Shown piece after piece: positions 22,200 to 34,621 of a DNA stretch of 64,000 bases. The translations under genes and the position numbers were made by a program. The stretch's first letter is position 1, and every line of letters begins with the position of its first letter. Below the pieces are notes generated by a model. That model made no database searches, had not been told where the DNA came from, and saw only the letters and a program-made list of their open reading frames with translations. The DNA is from an uncultured SAR86 cluster bacterium (GTDB taxonomy: Bacteria > Pseudomonadota > Gammaproteobacteria > Magnimaribacterales > AG-339-G14): positions 12,306 to 76,305 of the forward strand of contig CACOJO010000003.1 in the NCBI GenBank assembly GCA_902627595.1, in the 5' to 3' direction.

Positions 22200-24314
22200 A
22201 TGTCTGCGAGAAAAGTTCCTTTAAACCTCTATAGAAACATTGGCATTTGCGCGCATGTAGATGCGGGTAAGACTACAACAACTGAAAGAGTACTTTTTTA
22301 TACTGGAATATCCCACAAAATAGGTGAAGTTCATGATGGCGCTGCCACAATGGATTGGATGGAACAAGAACAAGAGAGAGGTATTACCATTACTTCAGCC
22401 GCCACGACTTGCTTTTGGAAAGGCATGAGAAGTCAATTTAATGAACATAGAATTAATATAATCGATACTCCGGGTCACGTAGATTTTACAATTGAAGTAG
22501 AAAGATCTTTAAGAGTTTTGGATGGCGCTGTAGTTGTTTTTTGCGGAAGTTCCGGCGTAGAACCTCAATCAGAAACTGTCTGGAGGCAAGCAAACAGATA
22601 CAAAGTTCCTAGAATAGCTTTTGTAAATAAAATGGATAGAGCCGGAGCTGACTTTTTAAGAGTTGTTGGCCAAATTAAAGATAGGTTAGGCGCTACTCCT
22701 GTTCCAATACAACTTCCTATAGGCGCAGAAGATGATTTCAAAGGAATCATTGATTTGATGAGAATGAAAGCTCTCTATTGGGATGGAGATGATATGGGAA
22801 CGTCTTATAGAGAAGAAGATATTCCTTCAGATCTTCTTGATCAGTCTAATGAATATAGAGAAGCGATGCTTGAGTCAGTTGCAGAAGCAAGTGAAGAATT
22901 AATGGAAAAATATCTGGAAAACGGCGATTTAACTCTTGAAGAAATAATTCAAGGTATCAGGATTAGAACTTTGAGCAATGAAATAGTTCCTACTATATGT
23001 GGCTCTGCCTTTAAAAATAAAGGTGTTCAACCAATGTTGGATTGTGTAATTGATTTTCTTCCTTCACCTGATGAAGTAGAAGCAATACAGGGTATTTTGG
23101 AAGATGAAGAAACAACAGATCAAAGATCATCAAGTGATGAAGAGCCTTTTTCTGCTTTGGCCTTTAAAATTGCGACAGACCCTTTTGTTGGAACTTTAAC
23201 ATTTGTAAGAGTTTATTCTGGCGTTTTAAATTCTGGAGATGCCGTTTATTCTCCTGCTAAAAGATCCAAAGAGAGAATCGGAAGAATGCTTCAAATGCAT
23301 GCCAATAATAGAAGTGAAATATCAGAAGTAAGAGCAGGAGACATAGCTGCAGTTATTGGTTTAAAAGACGTTACAACAGGAGATACTTTATGCGATCTTA
23401 AAAAACCAATTATCCTAGAAAAAATGACTTTCCCTGAACCTGTTATTTCAGTTGCTGTTGAACCTAAAACAAAAACGGATCAAGAAAAAATGTCGACAGC
23501 CTTAGGAAGACTTGCTCAAGAAGATCCATCCTTTAGAGTAAATTCTGATGAAGAGTCCGGTCAGACAATTATTTCGGGCATGGGAGAACTTCATCTAGAT
23601 GTCCTTGTTGATAGAATGAAAAGGGAATTTGATGTTGAAGCTAACATCGGTAAACCTCAGGTAGCATACAGAGAAACTATAAAGAAAGATGTTGAATCTG
23701 AAGGAAAGTTTGTCAGACAATCTGGAGGGAAGGGTCAATATGGTCATGTTTGGTTAAAAATAGAACCTTTAGCTGAGTCTGAAAAAGAAGATGAAAATGA
23801 AGTGTTTCAGTTCGTTAATAAAATTGTAGGAGGAACTATTCCAAGGGAATTCATTCCAGCAGTTGAAAAAGGTGCTTTCGAGCAAATGCAATCAGGAATA
23901 TTAGGCGGCTTTCCTTTGATCGATGTAAAAGTGACTGTTTATGATGGATCTTTTCATGACGTAGATTCTTCAGAAATCGCTTTTAAAGTTGCTTCCTCGA
24001 TGGCTTTAAAAGATGGAGCACTAAAAGCTAATCCAGTGATACTTGAACCAATAATGAAGCTAGAAGTTGTAACTCCTGAAGAGTATATGGGCGATGTTGT
24101 TGGAGATTTGAACAGAAGAAGGGGAATAGTCCAAGGTATGAATGATATTCATGCTGGAAAGGTTCTAGATGGAGAAGTTCCTCTTGCAGAAATGTTTGGT
24201 TATGCAACTGATTTAAGGTCTGCCACTCAGGGAAGAGCAACTTTCACAATGGAGCCTTTGAAGTATTCAGAAGTCCCTGCAAATGTTGCAGAAGCACTTA
24301 TAAATAAAGGTTAA
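22200..24314 (+). CDS. fusA: Elongation factor G
   Basis: [28 protein letters not shown]. Confidence 0.99.
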   Translation: MSARKVPLNLYRNIGICAHVDAGKTTTTERVLFYTGISHKIGEVHDGAATMDWMEQEQERGITITSAATTCFWKGMRSQFNEHRINIIDTPGHVDFTIEVERSLRVLDGAVVVFCGSSGVEPQSETVWRQANRYKVPRIAFVNKMDRAGADFLRVVGQIKDRLGATPVPIQLPIGAEDDFKGIIDLMRMKALYWDGDDMGTSYREEDIPSDLLDQSNEYREAMLESVAEASEELMEKYLENGDLTLEEIIQGIRIRTLSNEIVPTICGSAFKNKGVQPMLDCVIDFLPSPDEVEAIQGILEDEETTDQRSSSDEEPFSALAFKIATDPFVGTLTFVRVYSGVLNSGDAVYSPAKRSKERIGRMLQMHANNRSEISEVRAGDIAAVIGLKDVTTGDTLCDLKKPIILEKMTFPEPVISVAVEPKTKTDQEKMSTALGRLAQEDPSFRVNSDEESGQTIISGMGELHLDVLVDRMKREFDVEANIGKPQVAYRETIKKDVESEGKFVRQSGGKGQYGHVWLKIEPLAESEKEDENEVFQFVNKIVGGTIPREFIPAVEKGAFEQMQSGILGGFPLIDVKVTVYDGSFHDVDSSEIAFKVASSMALKDGALKANPVILEPIMKLEVVTPEEYMGDVVGDLNRRRGIVQGMNDIHAGKVLDGEVPLAEMFGYATDLRSATQGRATFTMEPLKYSEVPANVAEALINKG

Positions 24315-24321
24315 TTTCTTA

Positions 24322-24350
24322 TTGACAGTCTCTAAGGGCAGGCATAGAAT
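24322..24350 (+). promoter_or_regulatory. sigma70 promoter of the S10 operon
   Basis: TTGACA-17 nt-TAGAAT followed by GC-rich TGCCGC. Confidence 0.85.
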
Positions 24351-24437
24351 TGCCGCTCTTTTGCGTATTTATATGTAAAAGACCGATTTTTTTCGGAATG
24401 TTCTTTAAAAATTTTGTTGTTTAAATAGAGGTATGCT

Positions 24438-24758
24438 TTGCAAAGCCAAAATATAAGAATTCGTCTAAAAGCTTTTGATAACAAGTTGATAGATAAGTCT
24501 GCTAAAGAAATTGTAGAGACTGTTAAAAGAACTGGTGCAGTTGTAAAAGGACCCATCCCCATGCCTGTGAGAAAAAGGCAAACAACAATTTTAATTTCTC
24601 CCCATAAAGACAAGGACGCTCGAGATCAATACGAGATTAGAACTTACAAACGTATTATGGACATAATAAAACCTACTGAAAAAACAGTGGATGCGCTAAT
24701 GAAACTAGATCTTTCTGCTGGGGTAGACGTACAAATATCTCTGGATGAGCTCAACTAA
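24438..24758 (+). CDS. rpsJ: 30S ribosomal protein S10 (TTG start)
   Basis: [35 protein letters not shown] 5 nt before TTG. Confidence 0.98.
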   Translation: MQSQNIRIRLKAFDNKLIDKSAKEIVETVKRTGAVVKGPIPMPVRKRQTTILISPHKDKDARDQYEIRTYKRIMDIIKPTEKTVDALMKLDLSAGVDVQISLDELN

Positions 24759-25401
24759 AAAAATGATTGGATTAATTGCAAGAAAAGAAGGAATGAGCAG
24801 AGTTTTTACTGAAGAAGGGAAATCTGTTCCTGTTACGATATTGAAAATTCATTCAAATATTATTTCTCAAATTAAAACTTCTGAAAAAGATGGTTATGAT
24901 GCTATTCAAATATCAGCAGTAGAGCAATCAGAAAAAAATCAATCTAAAGCTGAAATAGGCCATTTGAAAAAAAACAATATTTCCTTCAAAAAACTTTCTC
25001 AAGAATTTTCTTTAAATTTAACTGAAGAAGAAAATCTTGATATTGGTTCTGAATTAAAAGCCGACATATTCGAAGAAGGCCAATTCGTTGACGTAATAGG
25101 AAAAACAAAAGGAAAAGGCTTTGCAGGTACAGTTAAAAGATGGAATTTTGCAACTCAAGACGCTACTCACGGAAACTCACTTGCCCATAGAAAACCAGGA
25201 TCAATAGGACAATGTCAAACTCCCGGAAGAGTCTGGAAAGGAAAAAAAATGTCAGGACACATGGGTAACGTTAGACAAACTACACAAAATTTAAAAGTTC
25301 AAAAAATTGATTTAGAAAATAACTTCATTTTAATCAAGGGAGCTGTTCCTGGTCCTAATGGATCAGAAGTTACCATCAAACCGTCAGTTAAAAAATCATG
25401 A
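24745..25401 (+). CDS. rplC: 50S ribosomal protein L3
   Basis: [27 protein letters not shown]. Confidence 0.98.
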   Translation: MSSTKKMIGLIARKEGMSRVFTEEGKSVPVTILKIHSNIISQIKTSEKDGYDAIQISAVEQSEKNQSKAEIGHLKKNNISFKKLSQEFSLNLTEEENLDIGSELKADIFEEGQFVDVIGKTKGKGFAGTVKRWNFATQDATHGNSLAHRKPGSIGQCQTPGRVWKGKKMSGHMGNVRQTTQNLKVQKIDLENNFILIKGAVPGPNGSEVTIKPSVKKS

Positions 25402-26012
25402 AATTACCTTTCTTAAAATCTTCTAAAACAACTGAGGCTGAAGTTTCAGAAAAAATCTTTGGAGTTGAGATTAACAAAGATCTTATCGCTCAACTTATTA
25501 AAATCTATATTGAAAATAGTCACCCAGGCACAAAAGCTCAAAAAAACAGATCTGCCGTTCGAGGAGGTGGAAAAAAACCTTGGCGTCAAAAGGGAACTGG
25601 AAGAGCTAGAGCAGGAACATCTAGAAGTCCACTCTGGCGTGGAGGAGGAGTCGTATTTCCTGCTTCAACTAAGTCAGCAAAACCAAAAAAACTAAACAAG
25701 AAAATGTATAAATCTGCAATGCGATCCATTTTTTCATCTCTTGCAAAGGAAAATAGAGTTTTTTTATCAGACCAAATAAACATAGAAAATCCAAAGACAA
25801 AGGATTTTGTGGATTTTTTAAAGAAAAATGAACTTAAAGAAGGTCTTTTTATTGTTGATGAGATTTCAAATAATCTTAATTTAGCTTCAAGAAACTTACC
25901 AAATGTAAATGTAACTAACTTGAACACGTTGAATCCTATAAATTTATTGAAGTTTAACTCAGTAGTGATTGCTGAAAACTGTCTTAACCTTATTGAAGAA
26001 AAATTATCATGA
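25398..26012 (+). CDS. rplD: 50S ribosomal protein L4
   Basis: KPWRQKGTGRARAG. Confidence 0.98.
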   Translation: MKLPFLKSSKTTEAEVSEKIFGVEINKDLIAQLIKIYIENSHPGTKAQKNRSAVRGGGKKPWRQKGTGRARAGTSRSPLWRGGGVVFPASTKSAKPKKLNKKMYKSAMRSIFSSLAKENRVFLSDQINIENPKTKDFVDFLKKNELKEGLFIVDEISNNLNLASRNLPNVNVTNLNTLNPINLLKFNSVVIAENCLNLIEEKLS

Positions 26013-26311
26013 GTACTGTTATTCCAAATAAAATTATTGAATCAGCTCTAGTTTCTGAGAAATCTTCTTTGGTTGGACAAAACGCAAACACATACGTATT
26101 CAAGGTAAATACTTCTGCAACAAAAAATCAAGTAAAAAAAGCTATAGAAGCAAAATTTGATGTAAATGTTACAAAAGTAAACATTTTGAATGTAAGAGGG
26201 AAGACAAAAAGAATGATGAACCTTCGAGGCAAGATCAGAAAAAAATCTGATTGGAAAAAAGCCTATGTTTCCCTAAAACCAGAACAACGAATAGAAATTA
26301 TTCAGGAATAA
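26009..26311 (+). CDS. rplW: 50S ribosomal protein L23
   Basis: [21 protein letters not shown]; operon position. Confidence 0.97.
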   Translation: MSTVIPNKIIESALVSEKSSLVGQNANTYVFKVNTSATKNQVKKAIEAKFDVNVTKVNILNVRGKTKRMMNLRGKIRKKSDWKKAYVSLKPEQRIEIIQE

Positions 26312-26312
26312 A

Positions 26313-27137
26313 ATGGCAGTAGTAAAGGCAAAACCAACGTCACCAGGAAGAAGATTTAGAAGTCTTCAGATTGGAAAAGATTTATATAAAGGCAGGCCTT
26401 TATCCTCTCTTGTAACTAAAAAAAGTAAAACCGGCGGCAGAAATAATGCAGGAAGAATTACAACACGCCACATTGGTGGTGGGCACAAGCAACACTATAG
26501 GATTATTGATTTCAAAAGAAACAAAGATAATATTCCTGCAAAGGTAGAAAGAATCGAATATGATCCTAATAGATCAGCATTTATAGCTTTATTGCTTTAT
26601 AACGACGGGGAAAGAAGATACATAATTGCTCCTAAAAACCTTAAAGTAAATGATGAAGTGCTTTCTGGAGAAAAGGCATCGGTAAACGTTGGAAATACAT
26701 TAGTTCTTAAAGATATTCCTGTTGGAACAATTCTTCACTGTGTAGAGCTTAAACCAGGAAAAGGAGCGCAACTAGCACGAAGTGCTGGAACTTATGTGCA
26801 ATTTGTTGCTAAAGAAGGGCAATACGCAACTCTAAGACTCAAAAGTGGTGAGGTTAGAAAAGTTTTAACTGAATGCAGGGGAACAATTGGAGAAGTCTCA
26901 AATCAAGAACATTCGCTAAAATCTTTCGGTAAAGCTGGAGCCAAAAGATGGATTGGAGTGAGACCCACTGTTAGAGGCGTAGCGATGAATCCCATTGACC
27001 ACCCACACGGAGGAGGAGAAGGAAAGACATCAGGAGGAAGACATCCTGTTTCTCCATGGGGAGTTCCTACTAAAGGATACAGAACCAGAAGCAATAAAAG
27101 AACAGACTCACTAATTGTTAGGAGAAGGAAGAAATAA
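26313..27137 (+). CDS. rplB: 50S ribosomal protein L2
   Basis: [25 protein letters not shown]. Confidence 0.99.
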   Translation: MAVVKAKPTSPGRRFRSLQIGKDLYKGRPLSSLVTKKSKTGGRNNAGRITTRHIGGGHKQHYRIIDFKRNKDNIPAKVERIEYDPNRSAFIALLLYNDGERRYIIAPKNLKVNDEVLSGEKASVNVGNTLVLKDIPVGTILHCVELKPGKGAQLARSAGTYVQFVAKEGQYATLRLKSGEVRKVLTECRGTIGEVSNQEHSLKSFGKAGAKRWIGVRPTVRGVAMNPIDHPHGGGEGKTSGGRHPVSPWGVPTKGYRTRSNKRTDSLIVRRRKK

Positions 27138-27409
27138 TGGTTAGATCGGTAAAAAAAGGTCCTTTTGTAGATCATCATCTTGAAGAAAAAATTCAAAAGG
27201 CGATTGAAGAAAAAAGTAGAAGACCAATAAAAACTTGGTCAAGGAGATCAATGATTACGCCCGAAATGGTGAATTTGACTATTGCAGTTCATAACGGCCG
27301 TGCTCATGTACCTATTCTTATAAAAGAAGACATGGTTGGACATAAATTAGGCGAATTCGTCCCAACAAGAACATTCAAAATGCACTCTGGAGATAGACAA
27401 GCGGGTTAA
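27137..27409 (+). CDS. rpsS: 30S ribosomal protein S19
   Basis: [16 protein letters not shown]. Confidence 0.99.
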   Translation: MVRSVKKGPFVDHHLEEKIQKAIEEKSRRPIKTWSRRSMITPEMVNLTIAVHNGRAHVPILIKEDMVGHKLGEFVPTRTFKMHSGDRQAG

Positions 27410-27411
27410 TT

Positions 27412-27753
27412 ATGACTGAAGTAAAAGCAAAGCTTAGTAGATTAACTATTTCGCCTTATAAAGTAAGGTTAGTGGCTGATCAAATCAGAGGTAAAAGGGT
27501 TGAGGAGGCCATAGACATATTATCTTTCAGTAAGAAATCTTCTGCATCAAACGTACTCAAGCTTTTGGAATCAGCAATCGCTAATGCCGAAAACAATAAA
27601 GGTTTGGATATTGATGATCTTTTTATTTCAGAAATTAAAGTCGATGAATCTTTTATTCTAAAAAGAATTCAAGCAAGAGCTAGAGGAAGAGCGGATAGAA
27701 TCCAAAAACGTAGTTGCCATGTCAACATAACTTTAGGGAGTGAGAAAAACTAA
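27412..27753 (+). CDS. rplV: 50S ribosomal protein L22
   Basis: [27 protein letters not shown]. Confidence 0.98.
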   Translation: MTEVKAKLSRLTISPYKVRLVADQIRGKRVEEAIDILSFSKKSSASNVLKLLESAIANAENNKGLDIDDLFISEIKVDESFILKRIQARARGRADRIQKRSCHVNITLGSEKN

Positions 27754-28404
27754 ATGGGACAAAAAGTAAACCCAATAGGGATTAGATTAGGAATTTCACG
27801 AAAGCATAACTCAACTTGGTATGCTGAAAAAGATAAGTATCAAGAACTTCTACTTAACGATTTTGCTGTCAGAGAGTTCCTTAAAAAAGAACTTGATAAT
27901 TCTTTTGTAAGCAAAATTGAAATTGAACGTCCTTCTCAAAGTGGAAAAGTAACCATCCATACTTCAAGACCAGGAATGATCATTGGAAAAAAAGGTGAGG
28001 ACATAGATCGTTTAAGAGATGAGCTTACCAAATTAATGGAAGTTCCAGTTAGTTTGAATATTCAAGAGATCAGAAAACCCGATTTAGATGCTCAATTAGT
28101 TGCTGCAAATATTGCGGTTCAACTTGAAAGACGTGCAATGTTTAGAAGAGTTATAAAAAGAGCTGCACAAAATACTATGCGCCAAGGAGCTCAAGGAGTA
28201 AAAGTTAGAGTAGCAGGAAGATTGGGTGGTGCGGAAATTGCGAGAGCTGAATGGCACAAGGAAGGGAGAGTTCCTCTTCATACTCTTAGAGCAGATATAG
28301 ATTATGGCCTTGCAGAAGCAAAAACGACTTATGGAATCATTGGAGTAAAAGTTTGGATTTGTAGAGGAGAAATGTCTACAAAATCCAAAAAAACTGATAA
28401 CTAA
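27754..28404 (+). CDS. rpsC: 30S ribosomal protein S3
   Basis: [26 protein letters not shown]. Confidence 0.99.
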   Translation: MGQKVNPIGIRLGISRKHNSTWYAEKDKYQELLLNDFAVREFLKKELDNSFVSKIEIERPSQSGKVTIHTSRPGMIIGKKGEDIDRLRDELTKLMEVPVSLNIQEIRKPDLDAQLVAANIAVQLERRAMFRRVIKRAAQNTMRQGAQGVKVRVAGRLGGAEIARAEWHKEGRVPLHTLRADIDYGLAEAKTTYGIIGVKVWICRGEMSTKSKKTDN

Positions 28405-28409
28405 AAATT

Positions 28410-28823
28410 ATGTTTCAACCTAAAAGAACAAAATATAGAAAACAAATGAAGGGCCGCAACAGAGGTCTTGCTCAAAAGGGGAATTCTCTCGATTTTGGAG
28501 CTTTTGGCCTTAAAGCCACGTCTCGAGGACAAATTACTTCAAGACAAATTGAGGCTGCTAGAAGAGCCATGACTAGACATGTTAAGAGGGGCGCAAAAAT
28601 TTGGATAAGAATCTTTCCTGATAAACCAATTACAAAAAAACCTCTTGAAGTTAGACAAGGTAAAGGTAAGGGAAATGTTGAGTACTGGGTTTGTCCCATA
28701 AAACCAGGAAGAATTCTTTATGAGATGGAAGGCGTCGATGAATCAATTGCAAGAGAGGCTTTAACTTTAGCAGCTGCTAAATTACCAGTTGGGACAAAAT
28801 TTGTTCAAAGGAGATCAGTTTAA
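28410..28823 (+). CDS. rplP: 50S ribosomal protein L16
   Basis: [22 protein letters not shown]. Confidence 0.99.
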   Translation: MFQPKRTKYRKQMKGRNRGLAQKGNSLDFGAFGLKATSRGQITSRQIEAARRAMTRHVKRGAKIWIRIFPDKPITKKPLEVRQGKGKGNVEYWVCPIKPGRILYEMEGVDESIAREALTLAAAKLPVGTKFVQRRSV

Positions 28824-28993
28824 TGGCTAAGAAAAAAATAAACTTGTCTGAAATTGAAAAACTCAATATGGAATATTTGGATTTGAAATTAAAAAATAGT
28901 TCTGGTTCGCTTAAAGAGACTCACAAATTATCTGAATTAAGAAAAGATATAGCAAGATTAAAAACTAAAGAAAGAATGGAAATAGAAAAATGA
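28823..28993 (+). CDS. rpmC: 50S ribosomal protein L29 (56 aa, below ORF-track cutoff)
   Basis: Manual translation [64 protein letters not shown] motif; between rplP and rpsQ. Confidence 0.93.
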   Translation: MAKKKINLSEIEKLNMEYLDLKLKNSSGSLKETHKLSELRKDIARLKTKERMEIEK

Positions 28994-29253
28994 ACGAAGC
29001 AATTGAAAGAACTTTAGTTGGATCCGTAATAAGTATTTCTGGAGATAAGTCTAGAGTAGCTCTTATTCAAAGAAGTGTTAAACACAAAACACTTGGAAAG
29101 ATTATAAAACGTTCTTCAAAAATCAGTTTTCATGATCATGACAACACATGCAACTTAGGAGACAAAGTAAAAATTAAGGAATGTAAGCCTTACTCAAAAT
29201 CAAAATCTTGGAAACTTGTCGAAGTTTTAAGAACTTTTGAGGGGGTTGAATAA
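28990..29253 (+). CDS. rpsQ: 30S ribosomal protein S17
   Basis: HD...[18 protein letters not shown]. Confidence 0.96.
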   Translation: MNEAIERTLVGSVISISGDKSRVALIQRSVKHKTLGKIIKRSSKISFHDHDNTCNLGDKVKIKECKPYSKSKSWKLVEVLRTFEGVE

Positions 29254-29255
29254 AA

Positions 29256-29624
29256 ATGATTCAAACTCAAACCATTCTTGAAATTGCAGATAATAGTGGA
29301 GCAAGAAAAGTTATGTGCATAAAGGTTCTTGGTGGTTCAAAAAGAAGATACGCTCGGGTTGGAGATATTATCAAAGTTGCTATTAAAGAAGCTATTCCGA
29401 CCGGAAGAGTAAAAAAAGGTCAGGTTGCTGAGGCAGTAGTAGTCAGAACAAAAAAGGATATTAAAAGGGAAGACGGTTCTAGCATTAGATTTGATGATAA
29501 CGCAGCAGTTTTAGTTAATACCCAAAAACAACCAATTGGTACCAGAATTTTTGGCCCTGTATCAAGAGAGCTTAGAAGTAAAGACTTTATGAGAATCATT
29601 TCTTTAGCTCCGGAGGTCATATAA
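29256..29624 (+). CDS. rplN: 50S ribosomal protein L14
   Basis: [23 protein letters not shown]. Confidence 0.99.
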   Translation: MIQTQTILEIADNSGARKVMCIKVLGGSKRRYARVGDIIKVAIKEAIPTGRVKKGQVAEAVVVRTKKDIKREDGSSIRFDDNAAVLVNTQKQPIGTRIFGPVSRELRSKDFMRIISLAPEVI

Positions 29625-29626
29625 TT

Positions 29627-29938
29627 ATGAAAAAACTCAGAACTGGAGACGAGGTTATTGTGATATCCGGAAAAGATACTGGAAAAACTGGAACTCTTTC
29701 TAAATTTATCTCAGAAACAAAATGCATTGTCTCTGGAGTTAAAATCGTTAAAAAACATCAGAAGCCGAACCCTCAGCTTAATATTCAAGGAGGCATTCTT
29801 GAAAAAGAATCGCCAATTGACGTTTCTAACCTGGCTATTTACAACAAGAAATCCAAAAAAGCAGACAAAATTAAAATTGAAATTAAAAAAGATAAAAAAA
29901 TAAGAGTATTTAAATCGGATGGTAAAGAAATCAAATGA
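29627..29938 (+). CDS. rplX: 50S ribosomal protein L24
   Basis: [17 protein letters not shown] motif, [14 protein letters not shown]. Confidence 0.98.
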   Translation: MKKLRTGDEVIVISGKDTGKTGTLSKFISETKCIVSGVKIVKKHQKPNPQLNIQGGILEKESPIDVSNLAIYNKKSKKADKIKIEIKKDKKIRVFKSDGKEIK

Positions 29939-30483
29939 GTACTTCAATTTTAAAAAAAACTTATCTTGAAAAGGCTGTTCCGAACTTAAAGGAATCTTTA
30001 GGTTTTAAGTCTAATATGGCAGTACCTAAAATAACTAAAGTAACTCTCAACATGGGTTTAGGGCCTGATGCAGTAAACGACAGAAAAGTTATTGATACTG
30101 CAATTGAAGATCTTAGACTCATCTCTGGACAGCAGCCAGTCAAAACGCTTGTAAGAAAGTCAGTAGCAAGTTTTAAAATTAGAGATGGCTATCCTATAGG
30201 TTGCAAAGTGACTTTAAGAGGGGAAAGAATGTATGATTTTTTAGATAGACTCTTGAATATCGCAATCCCAAGAGAGAGAGATTTCAGAGGGCTTAGCATC
30301 AAGTCTTTTGATGGACAAGGCAACTACACCATGGGGATAAAAGAGCATATTATTTTCCCGGAAATTGATTATGACAAAGTCCAAAAAATCAGAGGCATGG
30401 ATATAAGTATTACTACTTCTGCAAGAAACGATAAAGAAGGCTTGTCCTTGCTTAAAGAACTAAATTTCCCATTTGTTAGTTGA
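29935..30483 (+). CDS. rplE: 50S ribosomal protein L5
   Basis: [24 protein letters not shown]. Confidence 0.99.
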   Translation: MSTSILKKTYLEKAVPNLKESLGFKSNMAVPKITKVTLNMGLGPDAVNDRKVIDTAIEDLRLISGQQPVKTLVRKSVASFKIRDGYPIGCKVTLRGERMYDFLDRLLNIAIPRERDFRGLSIKSFDGQGNYTMGIKEHIIFPEIDYDKVQKIRGMDISITTSARNDKEGLSLLKELNFPFVS

Positions 30484-30491
30484 GGTAAAAA

Positions 30492-30797
30492 ATGGCAAAA
30501 AAATCAATGATAGCTAGAGAAATAAAGAGACAAAAAACAGTTGAACGCTTTGCTGTTAAAAGGGCAGAGCTAAAAAAGATAATTGCTGACTCTCAATCTT
30601 CTGAAGAAGAAAAGTTTGTTGCTAGAGAGAAATTGCAAAAACTTCCAAGAGATGCAAATCCAATTCGTCTTCAAAGAAGATGTCAGATAACAGGAAGACC
30701 TCATGCTGTTTACAGAAAATTCGGTCTTTCGAGGAATAAATTAAGAGAATTAGCTATGAGAGGCGATGTTCCAGGATTAGTAAAATCAAGCTGGTAA
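30492..30797 (+). CDS. rpsN: 30S ribosomal protein S14 (long, Zn-independent type)
   Basis: [29 protein letters not shown]. Confidence 0.99.
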   Translation: MAKKSMIAREIKRQKTVERFAVKRAELKKIIADSQSSEEEKFVAREKLQKLPRDANPIRLQRRCQITGRPHAVYRKFGLSRNKLRELAMRGDVPGLVKSSW

Positions 30798-30802
30798 GAA
30801 TT

Positions 30803-31198
30803 ATGAGTATGCAAGATCCAATTTCAGATATGATAGCAAGAGTTAAAAATGCTCAATCCAGAGGTCACAAAGAAGTGATTCTTGACTCCTCTAAAATTAA
30901 GTTCGGTATATGTAAGGTCCTCGAATCAGAAGGTTATATTAAAAAAGTCGAGCTAGTAGGAGAACAACCTAAGCAGGAAATTAAAATTATTCTTAAATAT
31001 TTCGAGGACTTACCTGTTATAAAAGAATTTGATAGGGCAAGCAAACCAGGGCTTCGCAAATACTTTTCCTTCGATCAAATTCCTCTCGTTAAAGGAGGTT
31101 TGGGTACAGCTATCATGACAACCAGCAAAGGAGTCATTACCAGCGATCAAGCAAAAAAAGAAAAAGTGGGCGGCGAACTAATCTGTACGGTATTTTAA
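30803..31198 (+). CDS. rpsH: 30S ribosomal protein S8
   Basis: DPISDM, SKPGLR, TSKG, VGGELIC. Confidence 0.98.
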   Translation: MSMQDPISDMIARVKNAQSRGHKEVILDSSKIKFGICKVLESEGYIKKVELVGEQPKQEIKIILKYFEDLPVIKEFDRASKPGLRKYFSFDQIPLVKGGLGTAIMTTSKGVITSDQAKKEKVGGELICTVF

Positions 31199-31199
31199 A

Positions 31200-31739
31200 A
31201 TGGCAAGAAATATAAATAGAAAATTACCTCTCTCTGATGGTGCAAAAGCGTCAATAGCTGAAGATGTTCTATCGATTTCTGGAGCGAAGGGAGAGCTTTC
31301 TCTCAATGTGCACGATACTGTTAAAGTGTCTTTGGAAGAGGATTCAATTCTCTTCAATCCAAAGGATTTGGAGGATAAAACCTCTATTTCAATGACAAGC
31401 ACTATGAGATCTCTTACTTTGAATATGATAGAAGGAGTCACTAAAGGTTTTGAGAAAAAACTTGAAATTAATGGCGTAGGTTACAGGGTAAAAGTATCAG
31501 GAGCTAATCTTGAACTCTCACTAGGCTATTCACACCCAATTAACTACAAATTGCCTGATGGAGTTACTGCTGAAGCTCCTACCAATACAGAATTAGTTTT
31601 AACATCGACAAACAAGCAACTACTAGGTGATACAGCCTCAGAGATAAGAGCTTTTAGACCTCCCGAACCCTATAAAGGAAAAGGAGTTAAATATTCTGAT
31701 GAACATATAAAAAGAAAAGAATCTAAGAAAACCGCCTAA
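31200..31739 (+). CDS. rplF: 50S ribosomal protein L6
   Basis: [22 protein letters not shown]. Confidence 0.98.
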   Translation: MARNINRKLPLSDGAKASIAEDVLSISGAKGELSLNVHDTVKVSLEEDSILFNPKDLEDKTSISMTSTMRSLTLNMIEGVTKGFEKKLEINGVGYRVKVSGANLELSLGYSHPINYKLPDGVTAEAPTNTELVLTSTNKQLLGDTASEIRAFRPPEPYKGKGVKYSDEHIKRKESKKTA

Positions 31740-31740
31740 A

Positions 31741-32088
31741 ATGAAAAAGATTGACGCAAGAAATAGAAGAGCAAGAAAACTGAGAAGTTTGTCTATAGGC
31801 CTTAATGTAAATAGACTGGCTATATTCAGATCTGCAAAACATATATATGCACAAGTTTTCTCAGTCGACGGAAAACAAATACTTGCACAGGCTTCTTCAC
31901 TAGATAAAGAATTAAAAGATATCAATGGAGGAAACGTTCAAGCAGCTGAGAAAGTTGGCGAATTAGTTGCAAAAAGGGCAATTGAGCAAGGAATAAAGAA
32001 AGTTTCTTTTGATAGATCAGGCTATAAATACCATGGAAGGGTGAAGTCTCTTGCCGATGGTGCTAGATCTCAGGGATTAGAATTTTAG
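31741..32088 (+). CDS. rplR: 50S ribosomal protein L18
   Basis: [22 protein letters not shown]. Confidence 0.98.
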   Translation: MKKIDARNRRARKLRSLSIGLNVNRLAIFRSAKHIYAQVFSVDGKQILAQASSLDKELKDINGGNVQAAEKVGELVAKRAIEQGIKKVSFDRSGYKYHGRVKSLADGARSQGLEF

Positions 32089-32096
32089 AGAAGAAT

Positions 32097-32579
32097 ATGG
32101 AAGAGAATTTTGAACAAACCACAGAAGTTTTAGAAGAAAAATTAGTTGGCGTAAATAGAGTTGCCAAAGTTGTTAAAGGAGGAAGATTATTTGGTTTTAC
32201 TGCCTTAACTGTAGTTGGTGATGGAAAGGGAAAAGTTGGATTTGGTAGAGGAAAAGCAAGGGAAGTGCCAATAGCAATTCAAAAGGCATTAGAAAGTGCC
32301 AGAAGAAATATGGTTAATGTCGACCTGAATGGATCAACTATTCACTACGCAGTTAAAGCTAAACATGGCTCGGCAACTGTTTACATGCAGCCTGCTTCAC
32401 CTGGTACAGGAATTATTGCTGGAGGAGCAATGCGAGCAGTTTTAGAGCTTGCTGGCGTAAAAGACGTATTAGCTAAATCATATGGCTCGACAAATCAAAT
32501 TAATGTTGTAAGAGCTACTTTCAAAGGTTTGTCGGAAATAGAATCACCTGAAAAAGTTGCATTAAGAAGATCAAAATAA
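32097..32579 (+). CDS. rpsE: 30S ribosomal protein S5
   Basis: [18 protein letters not shown]. Confidence 0.99.
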   Translation: MEENFEQTTEVLEEKLVGVNRVAKVVKGGRLFGFTALTVVGDGKGKVGFGRGKAREVPIAIQKALESARRNMVNVDLNGSTIHYAVKAKHGSATVYMQPASPGTGIIAGGAMRAVLELAGVKDVLAKSYGSTNQINVVRATFKGLSEIESPEKVALRRSK

Positions 32580-32581
32580 TC

Positions 32582-32770
32582 ATGGCCGAAGAAAAAACAA
32601 TTTTTGTAAAACAGATTAAAAGCGTCACTGGCTCAAAAAGAAATCAGAGACTCTCCTTAAAGGGATTGGGCTTAAGAAAAATCAATCACGTGGTACAAGT
32701 TAAAAATACAAAAGAAAATCTTGGCATGATAAATAAATGCAGGCATTTAATAGAGGTAATCGAAAAATAA
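32582..32770 (+). CDS. rpmD: 50S ribosomal protein L30
   Basis: LKGLGLRKINH, GMINK; operon position. Confidence 0.95.
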   Translation: MAEEKTIFVKQIKSVTGSKRNQRLSLKGLGLRKINHVVQVKNTKENLGMINKCRHLIEVIEK

Positions 32771-33198
32771 TGAAACTTAATGAATTAAATCCTAATTTAA
32801 AAAACAAACCTACTAAAAGAGTCGGCCGAGGAGCAGGTTCTGGCTTAGGCAAAACTTCTGGAAAAGGCCATAAGGGTCAAAAAGCAAGATCTGGTGGAAA
32901 GGTTCGTCCTGGATTTGAAGGTGGACAAATGCCAATTCAACAAAGATTGCCTAAATTTGGCTTTACCTCTAGATCATCAAAATACAAAACACATATCAAG
33001 CTTGGTGATTTAAACAATTTGTCTGAAGAGATTATTGATTTAGATGTATTAAAGACAAATAAACTAATTTCAAGAATAACAAAAGAAGTTAAGGTAATTA
33101 ATTCTGGTGAATTGAAAAAACCTATAAAAATAAAAGGTTTAAAAATTTCAAAAACTGCTTCAGAAGAAATTAAAAAATCTGGAGGCGAGGTAGTTTAA
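32770..33198 (+). CDS. rplO: 50S ribosomal protein L15
   Basis: RVGRGAGSGLGKTSGKGHKGQ, FEGGQMP; start at MKLNEL (32770). Confidence 0.98.
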   Translation: MKLNELNPNLKNKPTKRVGRGAGSGLGKTSGKGHKGQKARSGGKVRPGFEGGQMPIQQRLPKFGFTSRSSKYKTHIKLGDLNNLSEEIIDLDVLKTNKLISRITKEVKVINSGELKKPIKIKGLKISKTASEEIKKSGGEVV

Positions 33199-34502
33199 TG
33201 GCAGCTATTAATCCTAAATCTTCTGGTCTTTCAGAACTTTGGTCTAGATTAAGATTTGTCTTACTAGCACTTATCATCTATAGAATTGGTACTCACATAC
33301 CTGTTCCTGGGATAGACCCTGTAAAGATCTCTTCTTTATTTGATCAAAATCAAGGTACCTTACTTGGTTTGTTCAATATGTTTTCTGGAGGTGCTTTGGA
33401 AAGAATGAGTATCATGGCTTTGAACGTTGTTCCTTATATAACAGCAGCTATTGTTATGAACCTTTTAGAAGCGACTACTCCAAGTCTAAAGAAAATGTTT
33501 AGGCAAGAGGGCGAACAAGGAAGAAGAAAAAGAACTCACTATGTGCGTTTAGGAACTTTGCTTTTAGCAATTTTTCAATCAATGGGTTTTGCCATCGCTC
33601 TTTCATCACAAGGAATGGCAATAGATCCCGGAACGATGTTCATTTTCACTGCAGTAGTTTCTTTTGTTACAGGTACAATGTTTTTAGTCTGGCTAGGAGA
33701 ACAAGTTAATGAAAGAGGGATAGGAAATGGTATCTCACTAATTATTTTTGCAAGTATTGTCTCCGGTCTACCAAGCGCAATTGGACAATCTTTTGAAGGA
33801 GCTAGACAAGGAGAAATTAGTCTTATTCTTTTGCTCACAGTAGCTTTCATGGCAGTATTAGCGATTTCTTTTATTGTTTGGGTGGAAAGAGCTCAAAGAA
33901 GAGTTTCTGTAAATTACGCTAGAAGAAACCCCAATCAAATGGCTATGGGTCAAGCTTCGCATGTTCCATTAAAAGTAAATATGTCAGGAGTTATTCCTGC
34001 TATTTTTGCAAGTAGTATAGTTCTTTTTCCTGCTTCTATTAGTTCATGGTTTGGACAAAGCGAGGGGATGGAGTGGTTGCAAGAAGTATCTTTAGCATTA
34101 AGTCCTGGTCAGCCTCTATACGTGGTAGTTTTTTCTATTTTGATTGCTTATTTTTGCTTTTTTTATACAGCTATTCAGTTTCCTGCAAAAGATATTTCAG
34201 ATAATCTAAAAAGATCGGGAGGTTTCCTCCCAGGAATAAGACCCGGAGCTCATACAGAGGAATACATTGATAATGTTATGTCTAGACTCACAGTTTGGGG
34301 TTCTATTTATATGATCATGATTTGTTTGCTACCTCAGTTTTTAATTGTTTCTGCTAACGTTCCATTTTATTTAGGAGGAACTTCACTTTTAATTGCAGTA
34401 GTAGTGGTAATGGACTTCATGGCTCAGGTACAATCACACCTTTTATCAAGCCAGTACCAATCTTTGATGAAGAAAGCTAACTTAAAAGGGTTTAAAAGAT
34501 AA
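33198..34502 (+). CDS. secY: Preprotein translocase subunit SecY
   Basis: [28 protein letters not shown]. Confidence 0.99.
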   Translation: MAAINPKSSGLSELWSRLRFVLLALIIYRIGTHIPVPGIDPVKISSLFDQNQGTLLGLFNMFSGGALERMSIMALNVVPYITAAIVMNLLEATTPSLKKMFRQEGEQGRRKRTHYVRLGTLLLAIFQSMGFAIALSSQGMAIDPGTMFIFTAVVSFVTGTMFLVWLGEQVNERGIGNGISLIIFASIVSGLPSAIGQSFEGARQGEISLILLLTVAFMAVLAISFIVWVERAQRRVSVNYARRNPNQMAMGQASHVPLKVNMSGVIPAIFASSIVLFPASISSWFGQSEGMEWLQEVSLALSPGQPLYVVVFSILIAYFCFFYTAIQFPAKDISDNLKRSGGFLPGIRPGAHTEEYIDNVMSRLTVWGSIYMIMICLLPQFLIVSANVPFYLGGTSLLIAVVVVMDFMAQVQSHLLSSQYQSLMKKANLKGFKR

Positions 34503-34504
34503 AG

Positions 34505-34621
34505 ATGAAAGTAAGAGCATCAGTAAAAAAAATATGTAAAGACTGCAAACTTGTTAAAAGACGAGGCACTGTTTACGTAATTTGTAAAACTGATCAAAAA
34601 CATAAACAGAGGCAAGGATAA
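34505..34621 (+). CDS. rpmJ: 50S ribosomal protein L36 (Zn-binding type; below ORF-track cutoff)
   Basis: Manual translation [38 protein letters not shown]. Confidence 0.98.
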   Translation: MKVRASVKKICKDCKLVKRRGTVYVICKTDQKHKQRQG

